Assembly: GCA_963924565.1 (NCBI GenBank)
Contig: OZ004615.1
Span: 21,514,001 to 21,578,000, forward strand
Reading direction: 5' to 3'
Length of the DNA: 64,000 bases
DNA from: Ascidiella aspersa
Lineage: Eukaryota
The position numbers and the translations under genes are program-made. The notes beneath the pieces are model-generated. The model ran no database searches. It saw only the letters and a list, made by a program, of their open reading frames with translations, and was not told where the DNA came from. Numbering within the stretch: position 1 is the stretch's first letter; every line of letters begins with the position of its first letter. This document shows positions 12,431 to 26,359 of the stretch, piece by piece.

Positions 12431-13460
12431 GTGGCTGATCTGATCTTCTAATTTCAAGTTTTACTATTTTGTGCTGTACTACAAGAAACAGTTCAAATCG
12501 GTGCAATTGCGTATTGAACTTACAGACCTCGATAAGACCAGCAACGCGGCCAACTAGAATGCCGGGCTTATAAGTTCGCCTGCCGATTCCGATAAACGCC
12601 ACAATTGGCTTTTGCAATTGGCATCCCCTTTTGCGTGGAAATGGATCTCGTTATAACTTTGCAGCGATTTTCCTTGAAAGCCTTGTCCCTTCAATCGCAA
12701 ACAAACTATGTGGCACTTTCGGGCGCTGTGTATATGAAATGTCAAAGGGACATGACGTCTTCGACAGCATACAGTTAAGCTGCGAAGCGTAAGCATCAAT
12801 TATTATCTAAGATACAGTTATACCTTTATTGAATAAACGTATAATGAAATTTGCATTCACTTTTTTTACCGATTTAATTGTACAAATTGTTTAGCGAACT
12901 AAACCAGAAGATGTTCAACGAAGTAAACCAAACACTATGTTAAATTAGTCAGCCACTAGATCAAAAATAAATTAGAAAAAAAAGAAAGAAATAGAAGAAA
13001 TTTGTTTCTTATCAAGGAAACGCCATAAATAATATCATATGAACATGTCAGTCTTATAACTCGCTAGGCCTGGTTTATTATCAACTGATGCATCGGTCTT
13101 TCTCTAAAACATACCAAAAAATGGAAAGATACTTTACTTCGGGTTTTTTAGTTGGTCGTCGGTAAGTCGAAAAATCTGCATTCAGTCGCGGGTCTGTCTT
13201 GCGTTGATAACGCCTCCTGCAGTCTTACAGGTGTCAGTCGCGCAAACCGCTTTCCCTTTGGTGTTTTCGTGGGAATCACGCGTCTTGTTTACATTCGAGC
13301 ACAGCCCGGTCTGCGTTGCTTCTCCGAGCTCCTATAAGGCGCATGTAATTGTTTCGATAACGATTAATATTTGTGCTCGGCACAACGCTGAGAACATTCT
13401 GGACCTAAACGTTTCTATATAGTTTTGGGAAAGTTCTTGTAAAATTAATATTATTGGTCA

Positions 13461-13669
13461 AAGCACGCAGCTTTAAATTTCATGGTGTATTATCGCCGGA
13501 AGTAAACAACATATCGATCAGAAATTTTTACACATTACTCAAAGCAATCGAGCTTTGCCAATAATCAGCATTTTATTAAAAAATATTAATAATCATATTT
13601 ATAAATTTCGTATCGATATCCTGTTTAGTTCCGGAGATATAACACAATAAAATTTCGAGCTGTGTGCTT
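13461..13669. mobile_element. Fold-back (hairpin) MITE
   Basis: ~70-bp imperfect inverted arms aagcacgcagct..ccggaagtaaac..atatcgat / atcgatat..gtttagttccgg..agctgtgtgctt. Confidence 0.72.
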
Positions 13670-14727
13670 CCTTTGGTCAATTGTCACACCGCCGCTGTTA
13701 AAACACGCTAGTAAAGGGTAGTTTTTTCAAGACAAACAGTGACTTTTCCGAGCTTTTAGGATCACAGGATGGAGATTTCCACGCTATAAACCTTATACTA
13801 TCGATGTTGGTGGAAAAATCAACGCTTAGGAGTTTTATTTCCACCTTTTTTCACATGATGGTGGAATTTAACACCATTTTTTTACGAATTTCCACCCCAA
13901 GGTGGATTATTACACCCCCCAAATTTTACAGTGGAGCGATTTTACATTTGTGCCGTTTTTTGGCAGCAACCTAAAATTGCTGTAAGGTGTTTTAAGCTGA
14001 CGGTTTTAACCCAGCGGCTATGTAATCTTTGTTAGTTAAACACCGGCCTTCTAAATCCCCCGAAATCTGCAAGGTTCGCGCTCGATTGAATTTCGATTTG
14101 GCCCAGGTCTTTTTGCCAAGCAGAATCCAACAAGGAACTCCATTCACAAATTACTTGAAGATTTATGAGGTTTTAATACCGAGGCGGAGAGTAAAGACAC
14201 GCCTTAAGCCGGGCAGAGCAGAAAGTAAATTCAGGCCTCGGTGGAAGATTACGTAAAGTAAACTGCGAAGTCTCGAACTAAACTCTCCCCTTGTTTTGAA
14301 ACCTTATAATGCATGAACGTCACCGTCTTTTCTTGGCCAGCGAAAACGCCGGTTTTGGGTTCGACAGATTCCAGTCGGGTTGCGAAAAAAAAACAGACTT
14401 CCTACAAAAAACAAAGGATTATGTTTTCGCTGCAAGAAACCCAAAACCAAAACTGGCCGCGCTAAACGCAACACAGCTGAGTCAAACCACATTTCCAGAC
14501 CCCGGAAGTACCGTGTGTACAATAGGCTCCTGGCCGGCTTGTGTTCCAATGTGCTTCGTGGCATTCCGATTGTGAGCGAACGATTTTTGGCGTGTTTAAG
14601 GCGTTCTTTACCCTTAGGGTTGTTGCTGTACAGCAGCTGTTTTCCGCTTTCGCTTTCTCTGAATAATTGCTCGTTGAGATATATTAAACTTTGCATCACG
14701 TCTGTGGAAGCCATACATCATGTATGC

Positions 14728-15058
14728 CAGGGGTTCTTAAAAACTGGGGTCAACGGATCCTTTGGGAGTACGTGGAATCGTTTTAGTGGATACATGATGG
14801 CCTAAGTAAAATATATTAAATTATCAAAAAAAATTGAACACTATTTTAGAAGAAAAATATTAAATGAAAAAACGTCGCTTTTTTCATGAAATGTGTTTAG
14901 ACTCCACGTCAATTTCCCTTTTTTAGGGACCGAAAACAGTAGGTTTCCCAGGTTTACTTGTTTTATGACGTCCTAACTAAAATTTCATGTCGACGATGTT
15001 CCTCGCTAACCAACTTATTTGGTAAGGGTCCGCGTTCAAAAAACTTTAAAAACCCTTG
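14728..15058 (+). mobile_element. hAT MITE, caggggttcttaaac family
   Basis: Degenerate TIRs; perfect TSD atgtatgc. Confidence 0.85.
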
Positions 15059-15327
15059 ATGTATGCGGTCCAGTTTTAAAAGAAAACGCATATAGAGCTT
15101 GTTAAAAATGTAGAATGTTCAAGAGCCTTCAAACCATAGCCAATTGATTAAAAGCATTAACCTAGTAACTAATTTTGTCACAAGTGAGGTGTTAGGTTAT
15201 TAAAGCGTCACGTAAGGCGAAATGGAACCCTTGTTTGGGGTTTTTGATAACTTTATCGCATAAGTAGTTTTAAGGAAGGATGCTTAGCTATCCATTTTGG
15301 AGCATAATTGTTGGAGGTAATAGTAAA

Positions 15328-15506
15328 ACGTTAGGATATCAAAGCCCATTTAGAAGTAGATAACACTTAATGTTTCAAATAATTCTTTATTCATTTTAAA
15401 AAATTAGCCTTTTTTTCAACAGATATTGAAAATGAATAAAGAGATATTCGAAACGCCTCAAAATGTTAACTATACTTCTGTATGAGCTCTGATATTCGTA
15501 CTACGT
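15328..15506. mobile_element. Fold-back MITE, gaatatcaaagcccatacagaagta family
   Basis: Long inverted arms; family seen six times in the window. Confidence 0.8.
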
Positions 15507-16059
15507 CTTAGCTGTACAGCAAATCTTTTTTTGTTTTGTTAGAAGGGAACAGAAAATACAACGAAAACGTATACTTTGTAACACACGAAGTGAAACTTAT
15601 AGTGAGGCATATCATGTGCAGTCGGTCATGTTAATTTTTTTTAGTTATGCAGTAAATCCAACGTCATTGTGGCGCGCTAAATGTTAAAAGAGAAACCAAG
15701 TCAGGCAGCGATCCATTTCTGTTTGTTTTCGCCGACGAAGCGTTGTCAAACACCAGACGCCAACCGCGAAATAACGCGACGGTCAATGTTGACGAATCAC
15801 CTGCAAATGTCGCACGTCATACGTGTTAGATGCAATGCTGCAAGCAAATCGAGCAGTGTTTGCGGGCGTGGCGAGTTACAAAGTGCTACACATGCTTGCG
15901 CTCATTTCTTAGCATCTTCACCGCGGCCCTATAAAGACCGTCCCCCTCCTAAATCCGTTTGTTGACATTTCACATTCTGAAGTGAATTCGGTTTTGTATA
16001 CTTTTGGTAGTCATTTGACCTTTATGGTATTACTTGATAACCGTGTGTTCCGTGATTTT

Positions 16060-16376
16060 AATTTTTCAACTCTTGTAAAGTATTTGTAGATTCTTCTGAA
16101 CGGTATTGAAGGGCTTGCAATTTTCCAATTTTGTATATTTTTCGAAGTTATTTGACATACCTGCTATTATTTTAAACCTTTTTTGTCGCGTTTTTTTTTT
16201 AATTTTTAACTCTTGTAAAGTAGTTGTTAGTTGTGGATTCTTCTGAACGATATTGAGGTGCTTGCAATATTTCAATCTTGTATACATTTCGAAGTTATTT
16301 GGCTTACCTGCTATTATTTCACAACCGTTTTTTTTTAGTTGAACTCTTGTAAAGTATATTTGTAGATTCATCTGAG
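16060..16376. repeat. Tandem repeat, ~135-140-bp unit x2.3
   Basis: aactcttgtaaagta recurs near 16068, 16208 and 16342. Confidence 0.9.
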
Positions 16377-17747
16377 GGAATTTGCTGACAGTCAAGCGAT
16401 TTTGATGGTAATTTACAGCGACTGTTATCCATAGTGAAACCTTGCGTTATATGCAATCGATCGCCAGAGAGGTCGTTACTTGTAATCTCTTGCAGCTTAC
16501 AGCGAAATACGTTAAATTGCACCCCCTTCCATTTTTTTCTTTCTACCATAATCCCGGATGAGAGCGGCTTAAATTTCCTCCAATCTCCTAAAACGAACCG
16601 GACCGTTAATCTTTGACCTGGTTGACCTTGCCGGAATTTCATATTTTAGGCTTCAGCAACGAACCTTTGTAAAAAAAATTGGTGACCAGCCATATCAGAC
16701 CACTTACCAATTAGATAGCTACGTCCTATAGCAAATCGAACGTTATTTTAAGCTCATGTTTCAGTTTTCTCTCATAAAAACGTGAACGACCTCCTGCTGA
16801 AATTCAAAAATTTTGATATTAAAAAGGGTTCGCAGACTGAAAAGTTTGTGAAGCCCTGACTTAACTATATAAGCAACACGTATTCTACTTTTGAAATCCA
16901 ACATTTAAAGTCGCGTATGCATTGAGATAATATTAATTGCAATGCTTGCCAGTAAAACCACCATTGCCCTGCTATAAGAAAGATAAGTATTACAACAGGC
17001 GTTCTTACAATATTTTATATATGGGAGGTTTTGTAATAAAAAATTAAAACAACAAAACAGAAAAAAAACAGTGAAGTCATATTTCTTCTTTAGGTTCCAA
17101 CGTAACATTATCTGTGGCTCTGTGAAGGCTTTGCAATAATGTAGAACTTTTTGTTTGCCTTCTTCCGATTTTGCCACCTGTCAGTTATTCCACGGAACTT
17201 GTCAAACAGCATACGAGTTGTGGGTTGTTCGTCCGATGCTTTTGGTGTTGGTTGAGGCGCTGTGTAAATTGTGCATGACATTATGTCCACATGTAATTGT
17301 TTATGGTGCAAACGAAGTGCGATAGTTTACTGCCGCATTTAAAACCTGCAAGTTGCGGCACATGCAGTTCGTTGAAAAGGAGCTTAACAGCTGGTGTTTC
17401 TTGTTTGGATAAAAAAAAAAAAATCTTCTCCGGTCAAATTTTTTTTCAAACATGCCTCTATACAAGTAATTTAAGAAGATTAAAATCATTTTTTTCTTGT
17501 GCTTTTTATATTACACACATTGTAGGTTATATGCAAAAAATCTTCTCAGGAGCGTTTTTTTAAATATTTCATCAGTGTACATATCTTGTAATAAGTGCAG
17601 ATTTAACAACGGAAAAGGTATATACACACATTATGTAAGGCGTGGACTACATATAGGCTTCACATGGCTCCCATATTTCTTTTTATGTCGTGTTAAATCG
17701 TTTTGCGCAACTGTGAAGAGCCTTTATCGCTGTTTCTTAGCTTAGTG

Positions 17748-18339
17748 CGGTGTTCCTTAACCTTTTTTCCCACCGACTTAAATACTAAGCGTTAGAACTG
17801 TGAAATTTTGGCGACCCAATGCTTTTCAGTGAATTTTTTGTGTAAGCGAACAACACGTAAGGCAGCATAATTACGTTTGAAACAATTTAGTATGATCGAT
17901 GCCTTTGTATTTCTCCTGCAATTTTCCAAAAGTTTAAATCAGTGGTTCTCAACCTTTTATGGCTTGCGGCACCCCTCAGAGATAATAAATCGGTTGCGGC
18001 ACCCCTACAAGATTTTTTCATAGGCAACTCACTAGAATGTCACAATACACGAAACTGGAACAAAACACATCAATTCTACACAATTTTGGAAATTATAAAT
18101 GGTTTTATTCCACTCTAATCTTAAACAAAAAGTTTGTAAGGGTTGAGCAAAAATCAGATGGCTAAAGATTCTCAAAACTCTCTGGACCGTTGGGAATTAG
18201 AAGCTGAGAAACACTGATTTGAAGCAATCTTGCTCAGGACCAATCTCAATGAATCTTATCAGTTGAGATTACTGCAGTCGGCGACCAAACCAAATGAAAC
18301 GGCGACACAAAGGTCGCGACCCATGGGTTAAGAACACTG
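17748..18339. mobile_element. Nested hAT MITEs (inner element 17940-18216)
   Basis: Outer cggtgttccttaacc / ggttaagaacactg with flanks gcttagtg / gcttatag; inner cagtggttctcaac / gctgagaaacactg. Confidence 0.72.
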
Positions 18340-19306
18340 GCTTATAGTGACTATACGTTCTGTCTATTTACCTATAGGCGGTTACAAAAAAAAAGTTTGG
18401 AATATTATCAGTTTATCACCAATTTGATTTTTTATTAAAATTTTGTCACACTAAATTATCTCCTACATTTTTCTTTCACATCGGTACTTGGCTACTTATA
18501 CAGCATTCGATATATATGTTTTTAAGTGCGTTTTTTTGGCGGTTAGCAGTAATCGATGGCACGCCTAACTAAACCAATGAGATAAGGATCGCCATAACTC
18601 ACCAGCTGTCGGACCGTTGCCGTAAATCAATATCTGCAGTAAAGGGCGCAGGCTCATAACAATAGCCTTGCAATTTCCCCTAGGGTGAATGCAATTACGT
18701 ATGCCACGCGACTTTTGTGTACGAGTCATTGCCAGTTATCGATGTCTCTCTGGGGAGACCATTGCTATTTACTTGGCTTTTCGATCGATACCGTTTTTCA
18801 ATTTCAGCAACTTTTGCGCGCTTGATTGATGGAGCTTGTACCAATAAAGCATTTCTTATTATTATGCATTCATGTGTTCAACGAAATATCCTATCATTTC
18901 TCGTCGCTATACAATAATTTTACGTTTGATAAAGGGTTACAAAATTCGGATGTTGCTCATAAATTATGACTACTAGGTGTTTTGTTATAGCAAGTAAAAC
19001 ACTTGCTTAAAGGCAAATATTATTGAAATGTTTAGTGTTATCGCTCCGCGAGGTGGCGCTATGTGATAACGTTTGTCATGAGAATTTCCAGTTTTCGTGT
19101 AATCATATGACATGGATAGAAGTTCAAAACACTAGTGAAGGAAGCGTGTTAAGCAAACAAGCAACTCAACGACCCTTGCTTTTAAACATAGCTGGCCCAA
19201 ACAATATTTAACTCCCAAAATATGACAAAAAATGTCTTTGAATTTGCACTAATTTTCCATCCCTAATGTTGCTATACCAAACCCAAGCTTTAACATATGT
19301 TTACGA

Positions 19307-19405
19307 TAATTTAGCTTGTTAAGGAATTTGCAGTCAAAAAGGAGTAGATCGACATCACGTTGATTAAGACGTTAGGACACGAACTTGTATTATCATCAGT
19401 TAATC
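19307..19405 (-). mobile_element. Left-arm copy of the hammerhead element
   Basis: - strand GATTAA CTGATGA T AATAC AAGTTC GTGTC CTAAC GTC TTAATC (19362-19405); flank matches 33629-33690. Confidence 0.68.
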
Positions 19406-20254
19406 TTCAGTTTTTCGACAATTGGTGCTGGAACTTGAAAATACGACATACCACAGATCGACAACCATGGATTTAAGCCAGGGGTCGGCAACCTTTGCGG
19501 GCCGCACAAAATGTTAACTAAGAATTTTGTTGTTCTAATTTTGAAACAACTGTGAATCAGGCCGGTATCGGATTTTTAGCAAAAAAGGCAGTGACGTAAT
19601 GGCAAAAAGCAAAGCCTCATCCAAAACCACTATTTGTCGTTTGGTATATCATATTTAAGCTGTCCAGTCTGTTATGTGTACAACAGGATGCTATCTCCTA
19701 ACGACGCCGCCAATCAAGGGCAATAACTGATGCCCATATACGCCTCTGCGATTGGCTGTTAAACATCGGTGACGTAGTTCTGCTGTGTTGTATCTACTCC
19801 GATTGACGTCATAGCTCGCGTGCTTGGCGCGCTTTTAAAGATGTTTCCAGATTGAAAGACCAAGGGAACTCGGTTGTCGTGGTACACGGGCAAAGGGCAC
19901 CGTTTGACCCCCAAACATGGTCATTTTTTTTGAAGTGGAGCTCTGTAATTTTGCATTGTTTCGGTAAACTTGTGGCTCCATCCTTACAAGAACTTTCCGT
20001 TTTACGCCTTAAATAATTCGTTTCCATAAAAACTACATTTCATCTGGCGAAGTTGTAATTTGTAGCTAATCTTTTAAGCACAAGACAATTTGCGCATTCT
20101 AAACACTTCAATACCGGTTGTCTTGTGCTTTAAATCATCCCACAGTAAACGACGCACATCCAGCCTTGGCGTAGCGAAGTTTGAGTTCAGATTTCCCAGG
20201 AGCTTCGGGAATTTCCATCTAAATACTGTAACGCCACTATTTCTGTCGCCTTAG

Positions 20255-20515
20255 CTAATGCCCGGACGCACCCTACAACACATCAAGCGACATCGTGTTC
20301 TGTCAGACACCGATGATGACAACGTCTTCCACACACTTGTAATGCGGCGTGAGAAACAACGTTCATTGCACGATCTCGCGTCACTTCGACAAGTCCTTGG
20401 GAGTCTAGACTTGGACGTACTAAGCGTTGGACAAGTTTGCAAGGCTACATCAAAGAGAACCGATTTATTTTTATTACATCCAATTTCCCAACACGCGACA
20501 TGTGAAAAAGAATAG
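20255..20515 (+). CDS. Candidate alternative terminal exon or small ORF
   Basis: Acceptor tatttctgtcgccttag, phase 0 (fits exon D); 86 open codons to TAG. Confidence 0.3.
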   Translation, partial: LMPGRTLQHIKRHRVLSDTDDDNVFHTLVMRREKQRSLHDLASLRQVLGSLDLDVLSVGQVCKATSKRTDLFLLHPISQHATCEKE

Positions 20516-20520
20516 TGCAA

Positions 20521-20792
20521 AAAAAGGAAAAAGTATAATTAAACGAGGACCTGGTGTTGTTTTTAAGTGGGATAGTAACCCGGTCGTATAAATCCTCATT
20601 ATCGGCATTTCCCAAGCGTTTCTTGGCGAGATGACGATCGCCACACATGAACTAGACTTGTTGTGTTAAAAAACAGGAAAAAAGTATGCTTTAAACGGGA
20701 GCATCAAGTTGTTTTAAGTGGTCCAGTCTCCCGGTGCTATATCTCCTCATTATCGCGATTACTCAAGCGTCGTTCCCTTTCGAGATGGCGAA
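20521..20792. repeat. Diverged tandem duplication, ~150-bp period
   Basis: ggaaaaagtat..ttaaacg..ttttaagtgg..cccggt..tcctcattatcg..caagcgt..cgagatg occurs twice. Confidence 0.8.
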
Positions 20793-20996
20793 GTGAGATA
20801 ACCCGCAAATCGAGCGAACCAGCTTGTGATTCATAAATTTGCTTTTTCGTGCTGCGAGACATTTGTCGGCGGTTGGAAAACTGTATAGCTGCCCATTGCT
20901 GCACAATGCAGTTAAACGCTGGAAGTTTTCAGTCGCAATGGACATGTTTACCAACTTCGAAACTGCTGTGAAGTTTGGCAAAAAAATGATCGTGGC

Positions 20997-21242
20997 TAGT
21001 GATGTCAGATTTTAACATTTTAATGAATCTGATACCGATACCCGATATTTTGGACGAAAAGTATCGTTTAGTGTTATTAGGTTATTCACATCTACTTTAT
21101 TGCTCGATAAATTTGTGTTTCAAAAAGAAAATCGCTGGTTGGATCCGATCGGCACCCATACCAGCCTAGTATCGAACGAGTACCGATACTAACCACTTAG
21201 TATCGGGTATCGGATCCAACCCGATATTATCGGACATCCCGA
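20997..21242. mobile_element. hAT MITE with gatacc/ggtatc subterminal repeats
   Basis: tagtgatgtcagat..atcggacatccc; related fragments at ~46663-46950 and ~55700-56028. Confidence 0.7.
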
Positions 21243-24200
21243 AGTATAACTTTAACATGCTTTAGTTTGCCAAGGGTTGCGCTTGTTTATCTTGGTTCTA
21301 TTCTTTTACTTAGAACGTTGTAGTAGAACGTTGTACCCGGCTTGGCCAAAACGCACTTTTTCATCTTACGGGTCAAACCCGTTGTTCTGCCGTCCCCTAA
21401 ATGTGGCCGCGACGCAAAACAATGCGAATATACGCTTCTTTCATCCAAAACGTTTGACCTTATCCGCGAAATACGAATCGCGCACCACGACCCACGTTCG
21501 AATCCCATGCCGCAAAAACCGCAAATAGCCCGCGCTGTCTGCCATCGTGCGTCGAGCTAGCAGCAGCCACAAGGCCATTGTTACCTCACAGGGGCCGCGA
21601 ACAATAAAACAGAACAGAAGCCGTACCGGAACTGAAGCGACTTCCAAAAATGTACCGGCGCCTTGTGAGAATGCCGACGCGAAACAAAACAAGCCGTTCT
21701 GCGCCTTTTTTCTCAAGGCCTGAAAGAGACGAGCGGTCGACGGCGACCAGCGGCTCGTTTGAGCTTAGCAAGTAAGCCGTTTTGAGAAAATTGGAAAGCG
21801 CTATTTATGGCTTTTTTATTTTGGGTGGAGTGCCGTTGTTGTTTGGACAGCTTGCGTGTGAAGTCGGCATCAATGGGTGATATTTTTGTATTCCTGGCTT
21901 TTTATTAGTGGAAAAGTGTTGCACAGTGCAACGACAGGTAAATAAGTATTGGTTATCACCTGACTTGGTCGGCTAGGTTTATCAAGCTTTAAGTTAAGTG
22001 ACTAAAATTCGCTTTAGTTGGCGCCTGGGATCTTTATTCTAATATTTTGCACTTACGTGAAAATCGAGTGTATTTCAAATTTGTTCCAAAATTGTCAAAC
22101 ATTTTATGAGTAGCAGCTCGAAATTCAGTTGTATCCGAATCCTTAATAAATTTCAGATGAATCCTAACCATCGTGGAACGGCTTAACCCATGAAAAAAAC
22201 AAAAAAAAACTGAGTCGCTTTGGTTATACTGAGCCAACTTCATCGCTATTGCAACTTCATCGCTAGAGTTGTTGACTCGATTTTAACCGTTGTCCAGTGG
22301 ACCTGTCAGCGCCCAGTTTAGAGCGATATCAGTTAGGGTTTTTCATTCCAGCACAACAACAGGCCATTGACACGCTTGCCACCGGCCAGATCCAATAGGA
22401 AGTGTCGCTGTTTGTCCTTCTTATCTCGCGCCTACGATCACTTGACGCCGTCGCGGCGACACGGTTCCGCTTAGCGCGAGCAAAAGGCAGAATGACGTGC
22501 GTAATATGCCGCCGTCGTAATGGAAAGTTGGTTTAGCGACGAGAATTGAACTTTTATTTTATTTTTTTTAAGCTGATAGATTTTGCTGAAATTTGGCAAT
22601 CGCCCTGCTTCCCGTGATTTTGAGCTTAGGCCTACTCGTTTAGAGCGGATATCATTTTTAATGAAAAGACTTTGAGCAGTGGTTCTCAAGCGTTGAAATT
22701 CCTACCACATTTAGAACGTGTTTAGCAAGAATTAGGTTATTAAAACGGTGCTATTAGTTATTTTTTTGTTTTGCAACAAAGCAATTCGTAGAAAATGGTC
22801 AGTTTAATTCTTGTCCCCGTTTTTTTTTCAAAAACAGTGAATGCCTTTGCTACTACTAGCTGGATACATTTGATAACCCCCGGGACAACTTGTATGCCAC
22901 CGTATACGCTGGACCATAATGCTATACCACTGTAACGTTTGCGCTTGTAGCATAAAAGACAGCAGACCAGCCAAGCGTATAGGCGCAAAAGGGTTAAGCG
23001 AGTAATTGAGGGATCGGCCTATCGGGGATCTGCGGCTATTTGGGGCCGACGGCGTTCACTCGATAAGGTTCCTGCCTTCGCACTTCGAACGATAAGAAGC
23101 CTCGGCTTGTGCTCAGTCCGTTTCCAGCAGTCGACTAGCTGGTTTTGCCGCCTTGGCTGGAGTTGTTGTTGGATAACTCGCGGACAGGATGCAGGGTTTA
23201 ATGCTGTTTATTGTCGAGTGGTTGTCTTTGATCTTCTGATCGTATAAGCGCTTTTATTCCCTAACGGAAACGTTTGATATACGGTTTTGTCGGAGTGCGC
23301 ACGGCTGAGGTGTGTTTTAGTTTTTAGGCGATCGCGCAGCGTTTTTCGCGGCATGTGGCTTTTAAGTTAATATCGTTGTGTTTGTGCGAGTACTATGTAA
23401 GTTGCCTTTGATGTCGTTTTGGAGAAAAATTAAAACGACAAACCAAAATTACATTCCTTTTTCTTAAGCTATGAGCAAATAATTTATAACCAAGTTTGTT
23501 TATGACTCGGACAGTTCATGCTAAGCGAACGAGACAGTTATACTTATCAACTTTAAAACTAGGCTGTCGGAATGCAGGTTCTGAAACTGATTTTGAAGCA
23601 CTCATTGCCGAATAAGTCAAAGCAGCATTACGAACGTTTTGGAATAACTCGCATTCGTGTCACTTCAGTTCTTTTGCAGCTTACCTTAATCCTTGGGACG
23701 TGCGATTGGGGTTTGTTACGTGATCTCCATAGAATCTGCGGCATATAAGGAGCCACAATTCAGATTTTTCTTGTGACTAAGTTCACCAGTTGTTATATAA
23801 CAAGGAAGAATTGTTTTTATTTTCTTCTGGTCGATTTAAACTATTTGCGTTCCTTCTATATTTTAATTTTTCATGGCAATTGCTAATACAGCATGCACAT
23901 CCCGACAAAAACTTGTACAGATAACTTAAACCACAACAAGTTTGAATGTTGATTATTTGCGAAATATGCATTGGCTAAAGATTTAAATTTACAAAAATTA
24001 AATTTGTTACAGACTTGAATTTAAAAACAAACTACCCTTTGTTTTTTGTGGCCATTACATACGCACCAGGTAATCACCACTTCTTGTGTATCAAGTTGTG
24101 CAATTTTTGTGACGAAAAACTTGATGTATCATTTGTTTTCATACTAAATTTTGTGATTATCGCGACCTAATTTTTTTTTATTTATGTATTTTGTTTTTAA

Positions 24201-26359
24201 ATTGTTGGTGCTTTTATACTGTGTTTCAAAGCCTGTCTTGCTTTTGCCGTATTAGACAGTGTAATTGATTATGCTCGCTTAGTATAACGTTGCACAGCGA
24301 AATCTGTTCAATCAATTCCAAGTGTCTCCGCTCGTTATGAGCTGTCGTTTCGCATGGGCGACTCCGCGGCGACGCATGAGCGATTGCGCGTGTGTGCCAG
24401 TTTTCATTAGCTCCATGGGTGGTTGGCGTTTTAAGTGATTTACGAGTTTGTTGATGCTGAGCGACTGAACGTTGTTATTTGGTCCATAGGGCCCAGACGA
24501 AATTGTGGGCCTGTGTCTGCTTAGTTTAAACAGATTTGACTCGATAAAGTTAACCCCCTTTTCCGTTTGCCGTCAATTTGTACTAATGTCCACTAAATTT
24601 ATTACAGTTTTGTGTTTCCAAAAATCGGTAGGTCCAATTGTCGCGTTCTGGTTAAATATTGTAACTAATATTCGAAAATCTTTTGCACTAACACTTTCTG
24701 CGAGTTTACCAAAATACAATGCATGTTTGTAGTTGACTTATCAGTTAGTAAGCAATTAATGTTGTAATGACTTAAGTCGAGGACTTAACATAAGTGCACT
24801 GTTTGAAAATGACTTTCACCACTGGGAATGTTCATGACGTCATAATAAGGATGTTCGCGCACATGGCGGCACTTCCTGTGTTTATCGAATTTCGCGCAAA
24901 GTTATCGGACCAGCAACTGTGGAGTGTTGAGTGGGACCTGTTACAATGGTTTGGTGATACTAATGCGTTAACTGGTCAAATCTGGCAAGTGTTGAACGAG
25001 GCTTTCCAGTAAGAGTTGCACAGAGAGGCTTGACAAAGATAGCTTGGCGACATTAAAAATCACAAACTCAATACAAAACAACAGTTTGGAAGTATCAGTA
25101 CGAAAAAGCTAATTTAATTGTTATGCGACCATTTTACTTTACTATGATAAGATATCCTGTCAAAACGTATGTTTGTCTTTTTACATGGAAAACACCAGCT
25201 ATACACTGCAAAATTAAGCTTGTAAACCTGCGCTTTTATATTTTTACCTTTTCACTACCCTTCGCAACTTCGAAAAAATTTCGCCGCATACCTTCGCCTG
25301 TTTATCTCACAACAGGGCCTTCCCCCAGTGCCAGCTTTGGGCTTCTGGGCTTCCATATAAGGCGAGGCTTGATGCAGTGTTATGTTGCGGCTCTCCTGTC
25401 GGCATGCTTCGCTGGCTGATTGATCGACCGATATACCCAGTCGCTCTTTCCCGCGTTTCAGCGCTTTTTGACGAAGATTATGGGTAACTTTTGGCAATAA
25501 TGGGTTTTTACGAACGTGCCAGCACTTATTAGTAAAACACTAAAACTTCAGGCCCATAATTTTCGAAAAAAAAAAGACGCAGCCCATCAACTTTCTCTGA
25601 TCACCTACAACTGTAGGTGTTGTACGGTCATACAGTTGCTGGTATATTCTTAGGGTTTTAAAAGTCAATGACATTAATTTTAGCAAAAAGCATCATAGAT
25701 ATTCACGACTTAAACGTTAAGTATTTACATCGTTTTAAAAATCGTTTAGAAATGGAATTGTTCCTACAAACCTTGTTTCTATCAGTATTTAGGCAACAAA
25801 AACATTGTTTATATTTATTTAAGTTTCAATTGAACAACGCCTGTTGCCCAAACATTGCTTAAAATTACAAACGTATAGTGCAAATTATTTCTAAAAGTTA
25901 AAAAGTCACGGACCAACAATGCTCGTAGTACAGGATCTCCTATTCACAACAAGATGTTCGCAACCCTAAGTAGAAAGGTTGATTGGCACCCAACGTTTTC
26001 GGTCTCCTTCTTTGCACTAAAACATGCGCCCATATTTGGTCTTGAGCTCGCGCGAGTATCACCGACGCAATACACTCGGTTCGCATAATTGCTCGACCAA
26101 ACAAGCAAACTGCAAATACCTGGGAACCGCATGAAGTCTGGCGCGCGGCCAAACGCCATAACAAGCACTGCTTTGTTGTTTTCTCAACGGTTCAATCCGT
26201 GCTGCATTCCATTGTATCGTTTTTTGCTTTTTTTGTAAGGAAAGGTTGCAATGAAGGCACTAATCGAATTCGAGTGACAATGGAAATTTCTATTTTCACT
26301 TTTAATTTGCAAATGGTTCTCCTTCTTAGAAGTGAACTTCGAAATTGATTACATTTTTA

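Noticed and set aside
14304-14805. Overlapping 136-aa and 141-aa ORFs on both strands
   Set aside because: No recognisable domain or fitting splice sites; one runs into a MITE.
21490-21512. GTTCGAATCC B-box suggesting a tRNA
   Set aside because: No T-stem pairing, A box or cloverleaf visible.
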